64,000 nucleotides of DNA from Basidiobolus meristosporus CBS 931.73 (Eukaryota > Fungi > Basidiobolomycota), in the NCBI GenBank assembly GCA_002104905.1, contig MCFE01000467.1, forward strand, positions 1-64,000, in the 5' to 3' direction. Numbering within the stretch: the stretch's first letter is position 1; each line of letters opens with the position of its first letter. The position numbers were made by a program, and so were the translations under genes. The notes under the pieces are model-generated. The model was not told where the DNA came from, did no database searches, and worked only from the letters and a program-made list of their open reading frames with translations. This document shows positions 1 through 11,982 of the stretch, one piece after another.

Positions 1-261
1 CTATGTCAAAAAACACCTATTACTTTATTTCAAGATAATCAAGGATGTATACAATTAAGTAGAAATCCAACTTTTCATGCTAGAACCAAGCACATAGATA
101 TTAGACATCATTTCATATGGGAAGCTATAGAGAGTAACTTAGTTAGCTTAGTTTACTGTCCTACAGATGAAATGATTGCAGACATATTTACCAAACCATT
201 AGCTAGAGACAAGTTTGAATATCTTAGGTCAAAATTAGGACTAGTCAGTATGAACATTTAG
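1..261 (+). mobile_element. 3' end of Ty1/copia pol (RNase H), element continues outside the window
   Basis: Reads ..HARTKHIDIRHHF..DIFTKPLARDKFEYLRSKLGLVSMNI-stop (TAG 259-261); near-identical to 9190-9443; followed by a purine tract and LTR. Confidence 0.95.
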
Positions 262-272
262 CCAAGTGGAAG

Positions 273-621
273 TGTTGTAAAAACTTGTAGTTCCACCTAA
301 ATATTCATCTAACTTAGTCACTTAGATCATTACCCTCAAATTCTAGAGAATGCCAACCAAATTCCTGGTTGGGATTTACTTAGAATATTTTCACCAAAAT
401 TCCAGGCACCCAGAACATGAAAATTTTCAAAGTTATCCAAACAGCCCTAAGCTTTGCACACATGTTCTTGGGATCTTCCTTAGCCTATTCTACATGTTTG
501 TAATGCCAACACCAGGTAAAAGTATAAATACTACTTTTGCAATCAATAAATCATTAAGTGAAAACCACATAATCTACTTGTTCTCCCAATCACTTCCAAT
601 ATCTCCAAGACTCTTACAACA
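273..621 (+). repeat. copia LTR (3' LTR A, 349 bp)
   Basis: Starts TGTTGTAA, ends TTACAACA (8-bp terminal inverted repeat); homologous to LTRs at 5116, 9455, 9787, 62903 and 63907; TATAAATA at 523-530. Confidence 0.95.
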
Positions 622-1089
622 GTTTTGACAATGCTGGTCTTTTCAGTGTCCATAGCTTTTAAACAGGCATTTTGCTGCCAACAACAACTAACTTTTTTCT
701 TTCAACTTGACCAAAACAATAATTCTCAGGTTACCGCATTCATATGACAACTGTTGTTGGAAACCATTGGATTATGTTGTCTTCTTTTAATTAAACATGT
801 TCCAGAATTGAAATTAATTCTGACTTGGTTTTGAGCCAATTTGTTCTTTCTTTTTATGATTTGATAGGATTGGGTTGTGTGTTTTTTTTTGGTCCCAATT
901 TTTCTCATAAGAAACATGTGTTAAATGCTGATTAGGGGATGTAGGAGCTCACCAGTTTTGGATGTTTTTGGGTTAGGAAAAACACTTGTATTCATAGTGT
1001 TGTGCTGTTTGGCTTCCTTTTGTGCTAAGGGAAATCAAAGCTGGGATGTGCAGCATGGTCAACAGTTTACCCCCAGAGTGTTACAGTTG

Positions 1090-2680
1090 TTGTTGATAAC
1101 TCAAATGAGGTTCTTCCCATTACTTAGAGCTAACGCTATGCCACTATTTTGTAGTGGGGGAACTGTAACTTGAGCTGAGATGAACCATTGCAGGGACTGG
1201 GAAAGATTAATCAGATCTTGCCAAGGACCAATGATGGAGATGAATATAATGGGAGAGTCCTTGTTATCAATTTAACCAGACTCTGGGGGAGAAATAACAT
1301 TCAAAGACAATGGGAGTCTTTTCCAATTGTTCACAAGAGATTTCCAGTTCTTTTATTGAAAGATAGGCATCAGGAGGCTGGCTGGATAGCCTCAGGCACA
1401 AAGACAATGACAGAAATCCTCTTGGATTAATAGATATGCTTCTAACTTGGAACTAATAAAGGCATACCTTTGGTGTTAGGAAAGTATCCATGCTTTTCTT
1501 ATTGATGGTTGATGAGCTGAACAAAAGCAAATATATAAATATTTGTTCATGGATTATTGAAAAACTTGGGTGTGTATGTGTCTGGTGGAATCCAAGATAA
1601 TTTCTATATCCAGGAAGCTCAGCTGTTGTTTGTTGACATTCCAGGATAGTTTTATATTGGAGTTTTTTGGACTCAAAAAGTTGCATGAAGTTTTTCAAAG
1701 AATCTTTGTTGCCTTGCCAGACAAAAAGTATGTGGTCCAGGTATCTTCTATGAGAGATAGGCCAGTTTTCCATTTTTTGTTTCTGGTCATTTTCAAAATA
1801 ACACAAACAGGCTGTCATATGCTGGAGTACATGGGGTACCCATTACTGTTCCATCCATTTAGAGGTAGGATTCTCCATTGAAGGTGAAGGAGTTGTTGTA
1901 AAGTGTTATTGACAGTGTGTCCACAAGGGCTGATGCTAGGTGTTTGTTTGATGAAAGGGAATGCTTAACAATGGTGGACACTTTAGAGATTCCTTTCTTA
2001 TTTGGAATATTGGTGTATAGGCTTTCAATGTCTGCCATCACCAGGAAATTGATTGGCCTTCTTCTAGGTTTCAAAAGTTGTTAAGAAGCTTGTTGGAATT
2101 TTGTAGGATTTTTCTTCTGTTGTTGCAGATGGGCTGCAGGTAAAAAGTAGTCCATGTGGAGATTCCATATGTAATCCATATGTTAGACAGGATAATAGGC
2201 CAACCTTTAATTGGGATCTTGTGAATTTTGGGTAGCATATAGAGCTTCAGGTTCTTCCAGGATGCCAGGTGGTTGAGTATGTATTTTTCTTCTTGTTATG
2301 AAAATTCATCCTGGTAGACCTCCAGCAGGGATCTGATCAAATTCTCCAAATATCTTATGTTGCACAATGCTTGAATGTAGGTATTGTTGTTGGAGAGTTG
2401 TTGTTGGGCTTCTGCAGTGTACCATGATACTGGAAGTGCTATAAGACCTTATTTTTTGTTGCTAGGCTTGAAGATAGTTGTGTTAAATTTCTAAGCTTTC
2501 TTGTAATCCAGTCATTAGATGTTTGTTGTGATTAGGTGACAATTTGTTGATCTTTCTCATGATGTTTGTATTAAGCCTTTCCAATATAGATGATTTAAAT
2601 GTTTCAATGTTTTGTTCTAAATCCTTGCTTCCTTTAGGTGGTTGGAACTATTGACAATGTGTCATAAAGTACGGATTGAA
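1090..2680 (-). mobile_element. Decayed Penelope-like element (PLE) reverse transcriptase; boundaries approximate
   Basis: Minus-strand motifs in order, across frameshifts and stops: FQPPKG..LEQNIETF, IFKPSNK (KPADK-like), Y..E...QLS...TY, PKLYMLPKIHK..GWPII, DIESLYTNIP, FTFNGESYL..GTVMGTPCTPAY, RYLDHILFVW (decayed YxDD), RGYP thumb motif. Confidence 0.8.
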
Positions 2681-3430
2681 TGACTTGTTGTGGTAGTGTA
2701 GAGGTACTCCTGGGAGAAGCTACACAACTCAAGGTGTGTAAGGTATCTGATGGGTGCAATAATCCTGCAGTCTAAACTGCAGGTGTCTATGTCAATATGT
2801 AACTATGATAAAAGCCTCTGCTTCTCTAGCTTCATAGGTGCTCCAAATGTCTCCAAAGGCCTCTGTGTGTCTTGTGCATTACCCTGAAAAGCTCCTTGAT
2901 GGCAGGTCTGAGATGTAACTGTTGAGGGCAGATGCAGTGATCAACTGCTAATCAATAAGGAAGAACCATTACTGATAGAAGGATGAATTATTGATGAGGG
3001 ATTGACTTCCCTTAAATACATTTCCTGATTGCAAAGTGAATACTAATGACAAGGTTCTAGAAAATTCCAAGCATCAGTGGAATTCTTGATGACATCACTA
3101 AGAGCTAAAAATACTCCAAGAAGGTGCTAGAAGGTTCTAAAAGGCACAACACATCCAACCAATCAGGGATCAATAGTCTCAAACCTTTGCAACATAGATA
3201 TACCATATATGGTATTGAAATGGCAGGGATGGCAAAACAGATTTAGGTTATGTGTCACAGGTATTGATGCAGGTACCTGCCTAATGTAGATACATATACT
3301 GATCACAATGCTGAAAAACATCTGGGATAACTAATGCCAATAACTAATCAGGGTAATCATTATATGGGGATACTACTAATAATAAGGGCAAAGAAGAATG
3401 GGATAATTCTGATAAGATAAAATACAGACA

Positions 3431-5115
3431 AAAGCTTATATTTGGCTGTAATAGCCAATATTAATCTGATGGAATTAAACTTGGCTACTGGTGCAAAGGT
3501 CTCAGTATAGTCAAGTCCTATTGTTTGAGTGTATCCTTTGGCTACAAGTCTTGCTTTGTATCTTTCAATTGTACCATCAGCCTTGTATTTTGTCATGAAG
3601 ACCCATCTGCATCCAATTGATTTTTGGTTGATTGGTAATTTGACCAAGTCTCAAGTTTGATTTTCCATCAGGGCCTGATATTCCTCAGCCATTGCAGATG
3701 TCCAAAACTTTGTCTGAGGGCTATTTAGGGCCTCTTTTACAGTCTGGGGCTCATCAATATGGACTGAATAGGCATAGGCTAAGTTTGTACCCTCATTGAT
3801 ATAATAATTTGGGCTATTTCTTGTCCAATTCGATCTCCAGGCATTTGATACTGGAATGATCACTTCTGGGATATTCCTAGGCACTGATTTGGGCTGAACC
3901 ATGGTTGTAGAGTCCTCTGGAGTGAAAAAATTTTCATTGTTTTGCTCTGATTCAATCCTGACAATTGGTGCACTTGAGAACAAATTTTTGTCATCATCTG
4001 ATGTCATTTTTTGTGAAAATTTTGAATTTTCATCAAACAACACATCCCTGTACTTGATCAGCTTCTTTGCTTTGGTATTGTAGAGTCTGTATGCCTTACT
4101 CTCATTGCAGTAGCCCAAAAATATGCATTTTACACTTTTTGGCTCAAATTTTGACTGATTTCCATCCAGTTTTTTGGCAAATGCTGTACACCCAAATATT
4201 CTTAGATGTTCTGCACTTGATCTGTATCCATACCATGCTTCAAATGGAGTAGAATCACAAAGTATTCTGCTATAACTCCAATTTTTAAGGTATACAGCAG
4301 TGGCAACTGATTCTGTCCAAAAATCACAGGATAATTTTTGATCATGGATCATAGATATTTCCATATCAATTATTGATCTGTTAGCATGTTCTGCTACTCC
4401 ATTTTGCTGTGGGGAGCATGGTACAGTAGTCTCTTGCTTTATCTCATGAATTTTGCAGAAGTGGATGAAGAGTTATGGGGTATATTCTCCACCATTGTCA
4501 GAGCGTATTTTCTTGAATTTTTCACCAGTTTCTCTCTCCACCATGGCTTTAAACTCCCTGAACTTAGACAGAGCTTCTTCCTTTCTCTCCATGAAGTAGA
4601 CCCATGTGTATCTTGTATAATCATCAATAAAAGTGATTAAATACTTCATCCCACCTAAGGATAAATTTTGCATAGGTCCACACAGATCTGAGTGAATTAG
4701 ATCTAATTTTTTCTTAGTTTTGATTAACCAAGAGCTCTTGCACGGCTGTCTGGCTTGTTTCCCATATATGCAGGCTTCACAGTGCTCCAAATTAGCTGGG
4801 GGTTCAATTTTCACTCCAGAAGTTAGCTGATCTTTGATTATTTTGCGCAAATAATCAAAATTGATGTGCCCAAATCTCCTGTGCCAAAGCATTGGTGTTT
4901 CTTCATTTAAGTTACATATATTGGCTTCCAAATATGATGGAATATAAGTCAACTTGTATAGATTCTGATCTCTGATGCCCAAAGCAATATGGGCACCATT
5001 TTGATCAGTGATCCTGCATCCAGAATTGTCAAAACTGAAACTGAGTCCTTCTGCTGTGGCCTTGCCTACAGAGAGTAGGTTCTTGGCTATTTCTGGTACA
5101 TAGAGCACTTCTTTA
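3431..5115 (-). mobile_element. Truncated copia copy (late protease, integrase, start of RT), both ends lost
   Basis: ORFs 4473-5108, 3651-4364 and 3360-3647 match 6507-8190 of the + copy (LWHRRFGH, HSDLCGP, DDYTR, SDNGGEY, ARLVAKG); in-frame stops; homology ends after KYK near 3431 and abuts the LTR at 5116. Confidence 0.95.
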
Positions 5116-5465
5116 TGTTGTAAAAGTTTGTAATTCCACCTAAATACTCACCTAACTTAGTCACTTAGATCATTACCCTCAAATCCTAGAGAATACTGAC
5201 CAAATTCCTTGTTGGGATTTACTTTCAATATTTTCACCAAAATACTAGGTACCCAGTACATGAAAATTCTCAAAGTTGTTCAAACAACCCCAAACTTTGC
5301 ACACATGTTCTTGGGACCTTCCTTAACCTATTCTACGTGTTGGTAATGTCAAGACCAGGTAAAAGTATTAATACTACTTTTACATTCAATAAAGCATTAA
5401 GTGAAAACCACATAATCTACTTGTCCTCCCAAATCACTTCCAATATCTCCAGCACTCTTACAACA
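5116..5465 (+). repeat. copia LTR B (5' LTR, 350 bp)
   Basis: TGTTGTAA...TTACAACA, directly followed by the PBS. Confidence 0.95.
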
Positions 5466-5477
5466 GGTTATGAGCCC
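5466..5477 (+). promoter_or_regulatory. Primer-binding site complementary to the anticodon arm of initiator tRNA-Met (half-tRNA priming)
   Basis: GGTTATGAGCCC is the reverse complement of GGGCUCAUAACC in fungal tRNA-iMet, as used by Ty5/copia-type hemiviruses; the gag ATG (5470) lies inside it. Confidence 0.85.
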
Positions 5478-8400
5478 CAAGCTGTCACTCCCTGCAATGT
5501 CTACTACTGCTATTACTGGAATTTTTCCCTCTGCTGAAAAGTTGGATGGATCTAACTACCAAGTGTGGAAGGTGAAGATGAAGATGCTGCTACAAGAAAG
5601 AGGCCTTTGGGATATTGTCATGGGAGAAGAATGCCCTCCTAAAAACATGGGGGAGGATGCCTTAAAGTACCAGAAGAAAGAACAAAGTGCCTTTAACTGC
5701 ATTTGCCTTAATGTCAAGAACAAATTGCTAATTCAATGTTCAAGAGCAAAAACGGCAACCAATGCCTGGAAGGCATTAAAAGACACCTACCAGTCATGTT
5801 CAGCTGCCAAGAAAATGTATCTGAGACAAAAATTCCTTACTACAAAGATGCTACCAGGAGAAGAAATGAAAAATCTAGTTAACAGAATTACCCTGCTGAT
5901 AGATGAGATGGAATCTGTTGGTGTACCAACTACTGATGAGGATGTAATAGTTACCATCCTAAATAGCCTGACAGACAAGTTTCAGGGCCTTGTATCAGCC
6001 CTAGAGTCCAGAACTGAAGATTTGACCTTAAGTTACATATATGGAAGGCTCCTGGATGAAGAATTAAGAAAATCAAGTGCTAATAAGAAGGAAGAAGAAA
6101 ATGCTTTAATAAGCAATGATAGCCAACAATGGAGGTACCCAAGTCCCTACAAAGGCAACAGCAACCTGTTTTGCAGCTACTGCAAAAGGAAAGGACACAA
6201 ATCAGACTGGTGTCTCAAAAAGAAAGATAATCAGCAAAAGCAGCCTGAATATGGAAATGCTGTAACAACTGAAGATAGACTATTCATATCTGCACTAAAT
6301 ATGACCACAAACAAGGATTCTCAGATGTGGTATATTGACTCTGGAGCATCCCAACACTTCACACACCAAAAAGAACTTTTTACCCAATATCAAGAAATTC
6401 CAATAAAGAAGGTTTTCATGGGTGACAATAGAACACTTGATGCAGTGGGAGAAGGAACTATCCATGTAAACCTTAGAAGCAGTGAGGGAAGCCATACACT
6501 GACCTTTAAAGAAGTACTCTATGTACCATAAATAGCCAAGAACCTACTCTCTGTAAGCAAGGCCACAGCAGAAGGACTCAGTTTCAGTTTTGACAATTCT
6601 GGATACAGGATCACTGATCAAAATGGTGCTCATATTGCTTTGGGCATCAGAGATCAGAACCTATACAAGTTGACTTATATTCCATCATATCTGGAAGCCA
6701 ATATAAGTAACTTAAATGAAGAAACACCAGTGCTTTGGCATTGGAGATTTGGACACATCAATTTTGATTATTTGCGCAAAATAATCAAAGATCAGCTAAT
6801 TTCTGGAGTGAAAATTGATCCCCCAGCTAATTTGGAGCACTGTGATGCCTGCATATATGGGAAACAAGCCAGACAACTGTTCAAGAGCTCTGGGCTAATC
6901 AAAACCAAGAAAAAATTGGATCTAATTCACTCAGATCTGTGTGGACCTATGCAAAATTTATCCTTACGTGGGATGAAGTATTTAATCACTTTTATTGATG
7001 ATTATACAAGATACACTATGGGTCTACTTCATGGAGAGAAAGGAAGAAGCTCTGTCTAAGTTCAGGGAGTTTAAAGCCATGTTGGAGAGAGAAACTGGTG
7101 AAAAATTCAAGAAAATACACTCTGACAATGGTGGAGAATATACCCCAAAACTCTTCATCCACTTCTGCAAAATTCATAGGATAAAGCAAGAGACTACTGT
7201 ACCATACTCCCCACAGCAAAATGGAGTAGCAGAACATGCTAACAGATCAATAATTGATATGAAAAGATCTATGATCCATGATCAATAATTATCCTGTGGT
7301 ATTTGGGCAGAATCAGTTGCCACTGCTGTATACCTTAAAAATAGGAGTTATAACAGCATGCTCTGTGATTCTACTCCATTTGAAGCATGGCATGGATACT
7401 GACCAAGTGCAGAACATCTAAGAATATTTGGGTGTACAGCATATGCCTAAAAAACTGGCCGGAAATCAGTCAAAATTTGAACCAAATAGTGTAAAATGCA
7501 TATTTTTGGGCTACTGCAATGAGAGTAAGGCATACAGACTCTACAATACCAAAGCAAAGAAGCTGATCAAGTACAGGGATGTGCTGTTTGATGAAAATTC
7601 AAAATTTTCACAAAAAATGACATCAGATGATGACAAAAATTTGATCTCAAGTCTACAAATTGTCAGGATTGAATCAGAGCAAAACAATGAAAATTTTTTC
7701 ACTCCAGAGGACTCTATAACCGTGGTTCAGCCCAAATCAGTGCCCAGGAATATCCCAGAAGTGATCATTCCAGTATCAAATGCCCAGAGATCCAATTGGA
7801 CAAGAAATAGCCCAAATTACTATATCAATGAGGGTACAAACTTAGCCTATGCCTATTCAGTCCATGTTGATGAGCCCTAGACTGTAAAAGAGGCCCTAAA
7901 TAGCCCTCAGACAAAGTTTTGGAGATCTGCAATGACTGAGGAATATCAGGCCCTGATGGAAAATCAAACTTGGGACTTGGTCAAATTACCAATCAACCAA
8001 AAATCAATTGGATGCAGATGGGTTTTCAAGACAAAATACAAGGCTGATGATAAAATTGAAAGATACAAAGCAAGACTTGTAGCCAAAGGATACTCTCAAA
8101 CAAAAGGACTTGACTATACTGACACCTTTGCACCGGTAGCCAAGTTTAATTCCATCAGATTAATTTTGGTTATTGCAGCCAAATATAAGTTTTTTATTCA
8201 TCAAATGGATGTAAAACTGCATTTTTGAATGGAGAACTTGATGAGGACGTGTATATGGACCAGCCTGATGGGTTTGCTGACCAAGATAACCCCCATTTGG
8301 TCTGAAAGCTTGAAAAGTCACTATATGGTCTCAAACAATCACCAGGAGCCTGGAATTGCAAGATATGATTCTTATTTGGAATCTTTGAGTTTCAAAAGGA

Positions 8401-9443
8401 GTAATGCTGACTATAGTATATACTATAAGCCAGATAGAGCAAGTCCAGTTGTATCAGCTCAATATGCGGATGATCTTATTATAGCCACCAATAACCTAGA
8501 AACATTGGAAGAGACTAAATCCAGCCTATCTAAGGAGTTCAAGATGTCCAATCTAGGAGAGCTTAATTACTACTTAGGGATTAAGTTCTCCATAGACAGA
8601 AGTACCCAGACTATCACCCTAAGCCAATCCAAGTATATTCAAGATATACTAAAGAAGTACAAAATGGAAGACTGTAAACTGGCAGCTACCCCAATGGAGA
8701 CAAACCTTGACTTGGTCAAAACTCAACCAAATCAAGAGTGCTTGGTGCCATCTGAAAGCCCTGACTTTCCTTATCAATCTATGATCGGCAGTCTGATGTA
8801 TACTATGCTTGGAACACGTCCAGATATCTCATATTCAGTGGGAGTTGTCAGCCAACATAATCAGAACTATGGATCTGATCATATTGCAGCAGTTAAGCGG
8901 ATTTTTAGATATCTAAAAGGAACTGCTGATATCTGTTTAAGATACACTTATAAGGACTCAGAACAGAATCTTGTGGGATACTCTGATGCTGATTGGGGAC
9001 AAAATTTGGTAGACAGAAGATCCACCACAGGATACACCTTTCTTTACTGTGAAGGAGCAATTTCATGGAACTCAATAAAGCAACCAACTGTAGCACTTTC
9101 TACCACAGAGGCTGAGTACATGGCAGCCTGTGAAGCTACAAAAGAAGCAATGTGGTTAAGAAAACCTTTTACAGATTTAGGCCTATGTCAAAAAATGCCT
9201 ATTACTTTATTTCAAGATAATCAAGGATATATACAATTAGGTAGAAATCCAACTTTTCATGCTAGAACCAAGCACATGGATATTAGACATCATTTCATAC
9301 GTGAAGCTATAGAGAATAACTTAGTTAGCTTAGCTTACTGTCCTACAGATGAAATGATTGCAGACATATTTACCAAACCATTAGCTAGAGACAAGTTTGA
9401 ATACCTTAGGTCAAAATTAGGACTAGTCAGTATGAACATTTAG
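5470..9443 (+). pseudogene. copia gag-pol, disrupted
   Basis: KLDGSNYQVWK gag start, CSYCKRKGHKSDWC zinc knuckle, YIDSGAS protease, HSDLCGP/DDYTR/DNGGEY integrase, [20 protein letters not shown] RNase H; premature stops (6529-6531, ~7286, ~7878) and frameshifts (~7015, ~7445, ~8215). Confidence 0.95.
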
Positions 9444-9454
9444 CTGAGTGGGAG

Positions 9455-9786
9455 TGTTGTAAAAATTTGTATTTCCACCTAAATATTCACCTAACTTAGT
9501 CACTTAGATCATTACCTTCAAATCCTAGAGAATACTGACCAAATTCCTTGTTGGGATTTACTTAGAATATTTACCCAGAACATGAAAATTAGATAAGTTG
9601 TCCAAACAGCCCCAAACTCTGCACACATGCTCTTGGGACCTTCCTTAACCTATTCTACGTGTTTGTAATGCCAAGACCAGGTAAAAGTATAAATACTACT
9701 TTTACATTCAATAAATCATTAAGTGAAAACTATATAATCTACTTGTTCTCCCAATCACTTCCAATATCTCCAAGACTCTTACAACA
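9455..9786 (+). repeat. copia LTR C (3' LTR, 332 bp, 17-bp internal deletion)
   Basis: TGTTGTAA...TTACAACA after the PPT; about two dozen substitutions versus LTR B. Confidence 0.95.
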
Positions 9787-10079
9787 GTTTTCACTTAGTG
9801 ATTTATTGAATGTAAAAGTAGTATTTATACTTTTACATGATCTTGGCATGACAAACACGTAGAATAGGTTAAGGAAGGTCCCAAGAGCATGTGTGCAAAG
9901 TGTGGGGCTGCTTGGACAACCTTGAGAAGTTTCATGTTCTGGGTACCTGATGTTTTGGTAGAAATACTCAATGTAAATCCCGACAAGGAACCTGGACAGA
10001 ATTCTCTAAGACTTGTGAGTGATGGTCTAAGAGACTAAGTTAGGTGAATAGCTAGGTGGAACTACAAACTTTTACAACA
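9787..10079 (-). repeat. Inverted copia LTR D, 3'-truncated at LTR position ~293
   Basis: Reverse complement of the LTR from TGTTGTAA (10079) to ..AAGTGAAAAC (9787), abutting LTR C with no spacer. Confidence 0.9.
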
Positions 10080-10350
10080 AATGTAAGGTAGTATTTATAC
10101 TTTTACATGATCTTGGCAGAAAAAACATGTAGAGTATGCTTAGGAAGATCCCAAGAGCATCTGTGCAAATTTTGTGACAGTCTTGACCACTTTGAGAAAT
10201 CCAATGTATGGGGTACCCGATGTTTTGGTGAAAACATTCCAAGTAAATCCCAACAAGGAATTTGGACAGATTTCTCTAAGATTTGTAGGTATTGATCCAA
10301 GTGACTAAGTTAGGAGAATATTTAGGAGCAATTACGAGATTTATATCATA
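10080..10350 (-). repeat. Older degenerate inverted LTR E, truncated at LTR position ~271
   Basis: Alignable by eye to the LTR reverse complement (gtagtatttatacttttacatgatcttggca ... gactaagttaggagaatatttagg) with many substitutions. Confidence 0.8.
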
Positions 10351-10588
10351 TTCCAGTTCATAGTACAAGAATTAAGTATATATACACTATTCAGTGAGTA
10401 CCTCGAGGAAGTTTGAGGGCATCCGCATTCAATTTCTAATTTACATGTTGATATGCCAGTCAAAGGTATATTATAATGCATGGACAACCACTGTAGCATA
10501 CCCAACGGATGTCGCGTCTCTTCACCCTGGAGGATATCCGATTGAGTCTATACAAACGACACTCAGAGTATGGTAGGAGTCGGATATT

Positions 10589-10635
10589 CTGTATGTAGCT
10601 GTACGGGGCTGTATGTAGCTGTACCGGGGCTGTAC
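10589..10635. repeat. Tandem duplication of a 20/21-bp unit
   Basis: CTGTATGTAGCTGTAC(C)GGGG x2 plus CTGTAC. Confidence 0.85.
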
Positions 10636-11893
10636 TGAATTCTGGAGGGAATGGTGCACTAGCTTAAAATCTAGCATTTCAGCAGCATTTCATTTGATGA
10701 AACTCAAGGAGCTTCTCTATTTCGGTTCTTTACAAAGTGGTCTCTGTAGAAGGGCTGCTGAGGGTACGAACATATGTCAGGAATTTTCAAAGAGCGAACA
10801 AGCGTGTCCACTCTGTGAAGGTTTTTAACATAAAGGGTCTCGGAAGACATGGAATTTTTCTCTTTTAGGCAAGCGAGTTTGGGTAAAATTTCCAGCATGT
10901 TGCAGCTATTCAGATAAAATATTGTGGAGTTTAAATGTTTAACCATTCATTGCGGAATATGGCAAACGACCGAATATTGAGTCTTACGTGTCTATTTGCC
11001 TAATATGAGTATGCCCTTATATACTGTGTGTACTTGCCATATTCATCTACTACCTTGTATATCATATCCGCCTGCCTGATATGCTCGTACCCATATATAC
11101 TGTAAAAGAATAGCCAAAAAGAGAATATTTCGATTGATGGCTTGAAAAGGTGACGTGATTACCAGCCTTCAAGACAGCAAGGAAAGCATAGAGCAATCTG
11201 GATAGTGAACAGGAGCGAATGTCGAGCGCACTACAAGAACCAGAGCTGAAGCAGTTGGACGTGGCCCATCTGTTGAATCACTGCTTCTTTAACTAAACCC
11301 AACTCTAGGTTGAAAGCAATCCGGATAAAAAATAACCGTATTCAGAAGATCTTTGTCGATTTAAAGCACATATTAGGTAGCAACTTTGCTGGTAGTGCGG
11401 ATAGAAATACCAGGCTACGAGCCACATGTCCAACAAGGTGCACGTTAGGTTGAGTAAGTAACCAAATAGAGTATAGTTTAGATATATCCTTGCTAATTGC
11501 CAATTAAAGAGCCTGAAGGGATTAGGCAATCATCTTTTGCCATTTTTAGAATACTGAATGGCCAGTAAGGGGACCTTACCTGCCTTGCGGAAGGAAATAA
11601 CCATTTTAAGGCGATCGATGAGATCCCAAGTTTGGAACTCTACATTCGAGGAAATACCGCGTATGGTATATTTCCATTTAGGATTAGCATTCTATCGGTT
11701 AGCAATAGAGACATGAGTTTGGGACGAGAAGATATCAACCTGGTAAATACTACTCATCGCTACATCAGGCACGGAAAGCAGCGAAAGCACCAAATTTGAG
11801 TGGATTGGGTATGGACGATCTAGACGTTTGTATGGTAAACATACCGACCGGAAGGCGAACCGGGAAACCAAATTTCTAGCGAGGCAGGAATTT

Positions 11894-11901
11894 TATAAAT
11901 A
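11894..11901 (+). promoter_or_regulatory. Putative TATA box of the urease gene
   Basis: TATAAATA about 80 bp upstream of the ATG, followed by a pyrimidine-rich leader. Confidence 0.5.
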
Positions 11902-11982
11902 CCATTAGCTCAACCGTTATGTCAGGCAAAAATCTTTTTCACCCTACCACTCTCCCATTTTCCACGGTAGATCTTAATCAAA

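Larger units (their letters stand above)
5116..9786 (+). mobile_element. Full-length but decayed Ty1/copia LTR retrotransposon
   Basis: 5' LTR 5116-5465, PBS 5466-5477, gag-PR-IN-RT-RNaseH 5470-9443, PPT GAGTGGGAG 9446-9454, 3' LTR 9455-9786; copia domain order (IN before RT). Confidence 0.97.

Noticed and set aside
617-626. GTTTT after LTR A identical to GTTTT after LTR C, as a possible shared TSD
   Set aside because: They follow 3' LTRs of different elements; after LTR C it is simply the start of inverted LTR D, and the 5' flank of element A is outside the window
350-628. Small ORFs recurring in LTRs (350-628, 5337-5537, 9659-9862, 62818-63090)
   Set aside because: Start and stop positions are not conserved among LTR copies; incidental
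2990-3040. TGATGA-GGGA..TCCC hairpin resembling a hammerhead ribozyme core near the PLE
   Set aside because: Lacks the leading C and the GAAA core, no convincing stems I/III, and lies on the strand opposite the RT
10704-10946. ORF with SETLYVKNL, resembling an RRM RNP2 motif
   Set aside because: No RNP1 motif or further exons could be joined; chance match is likely
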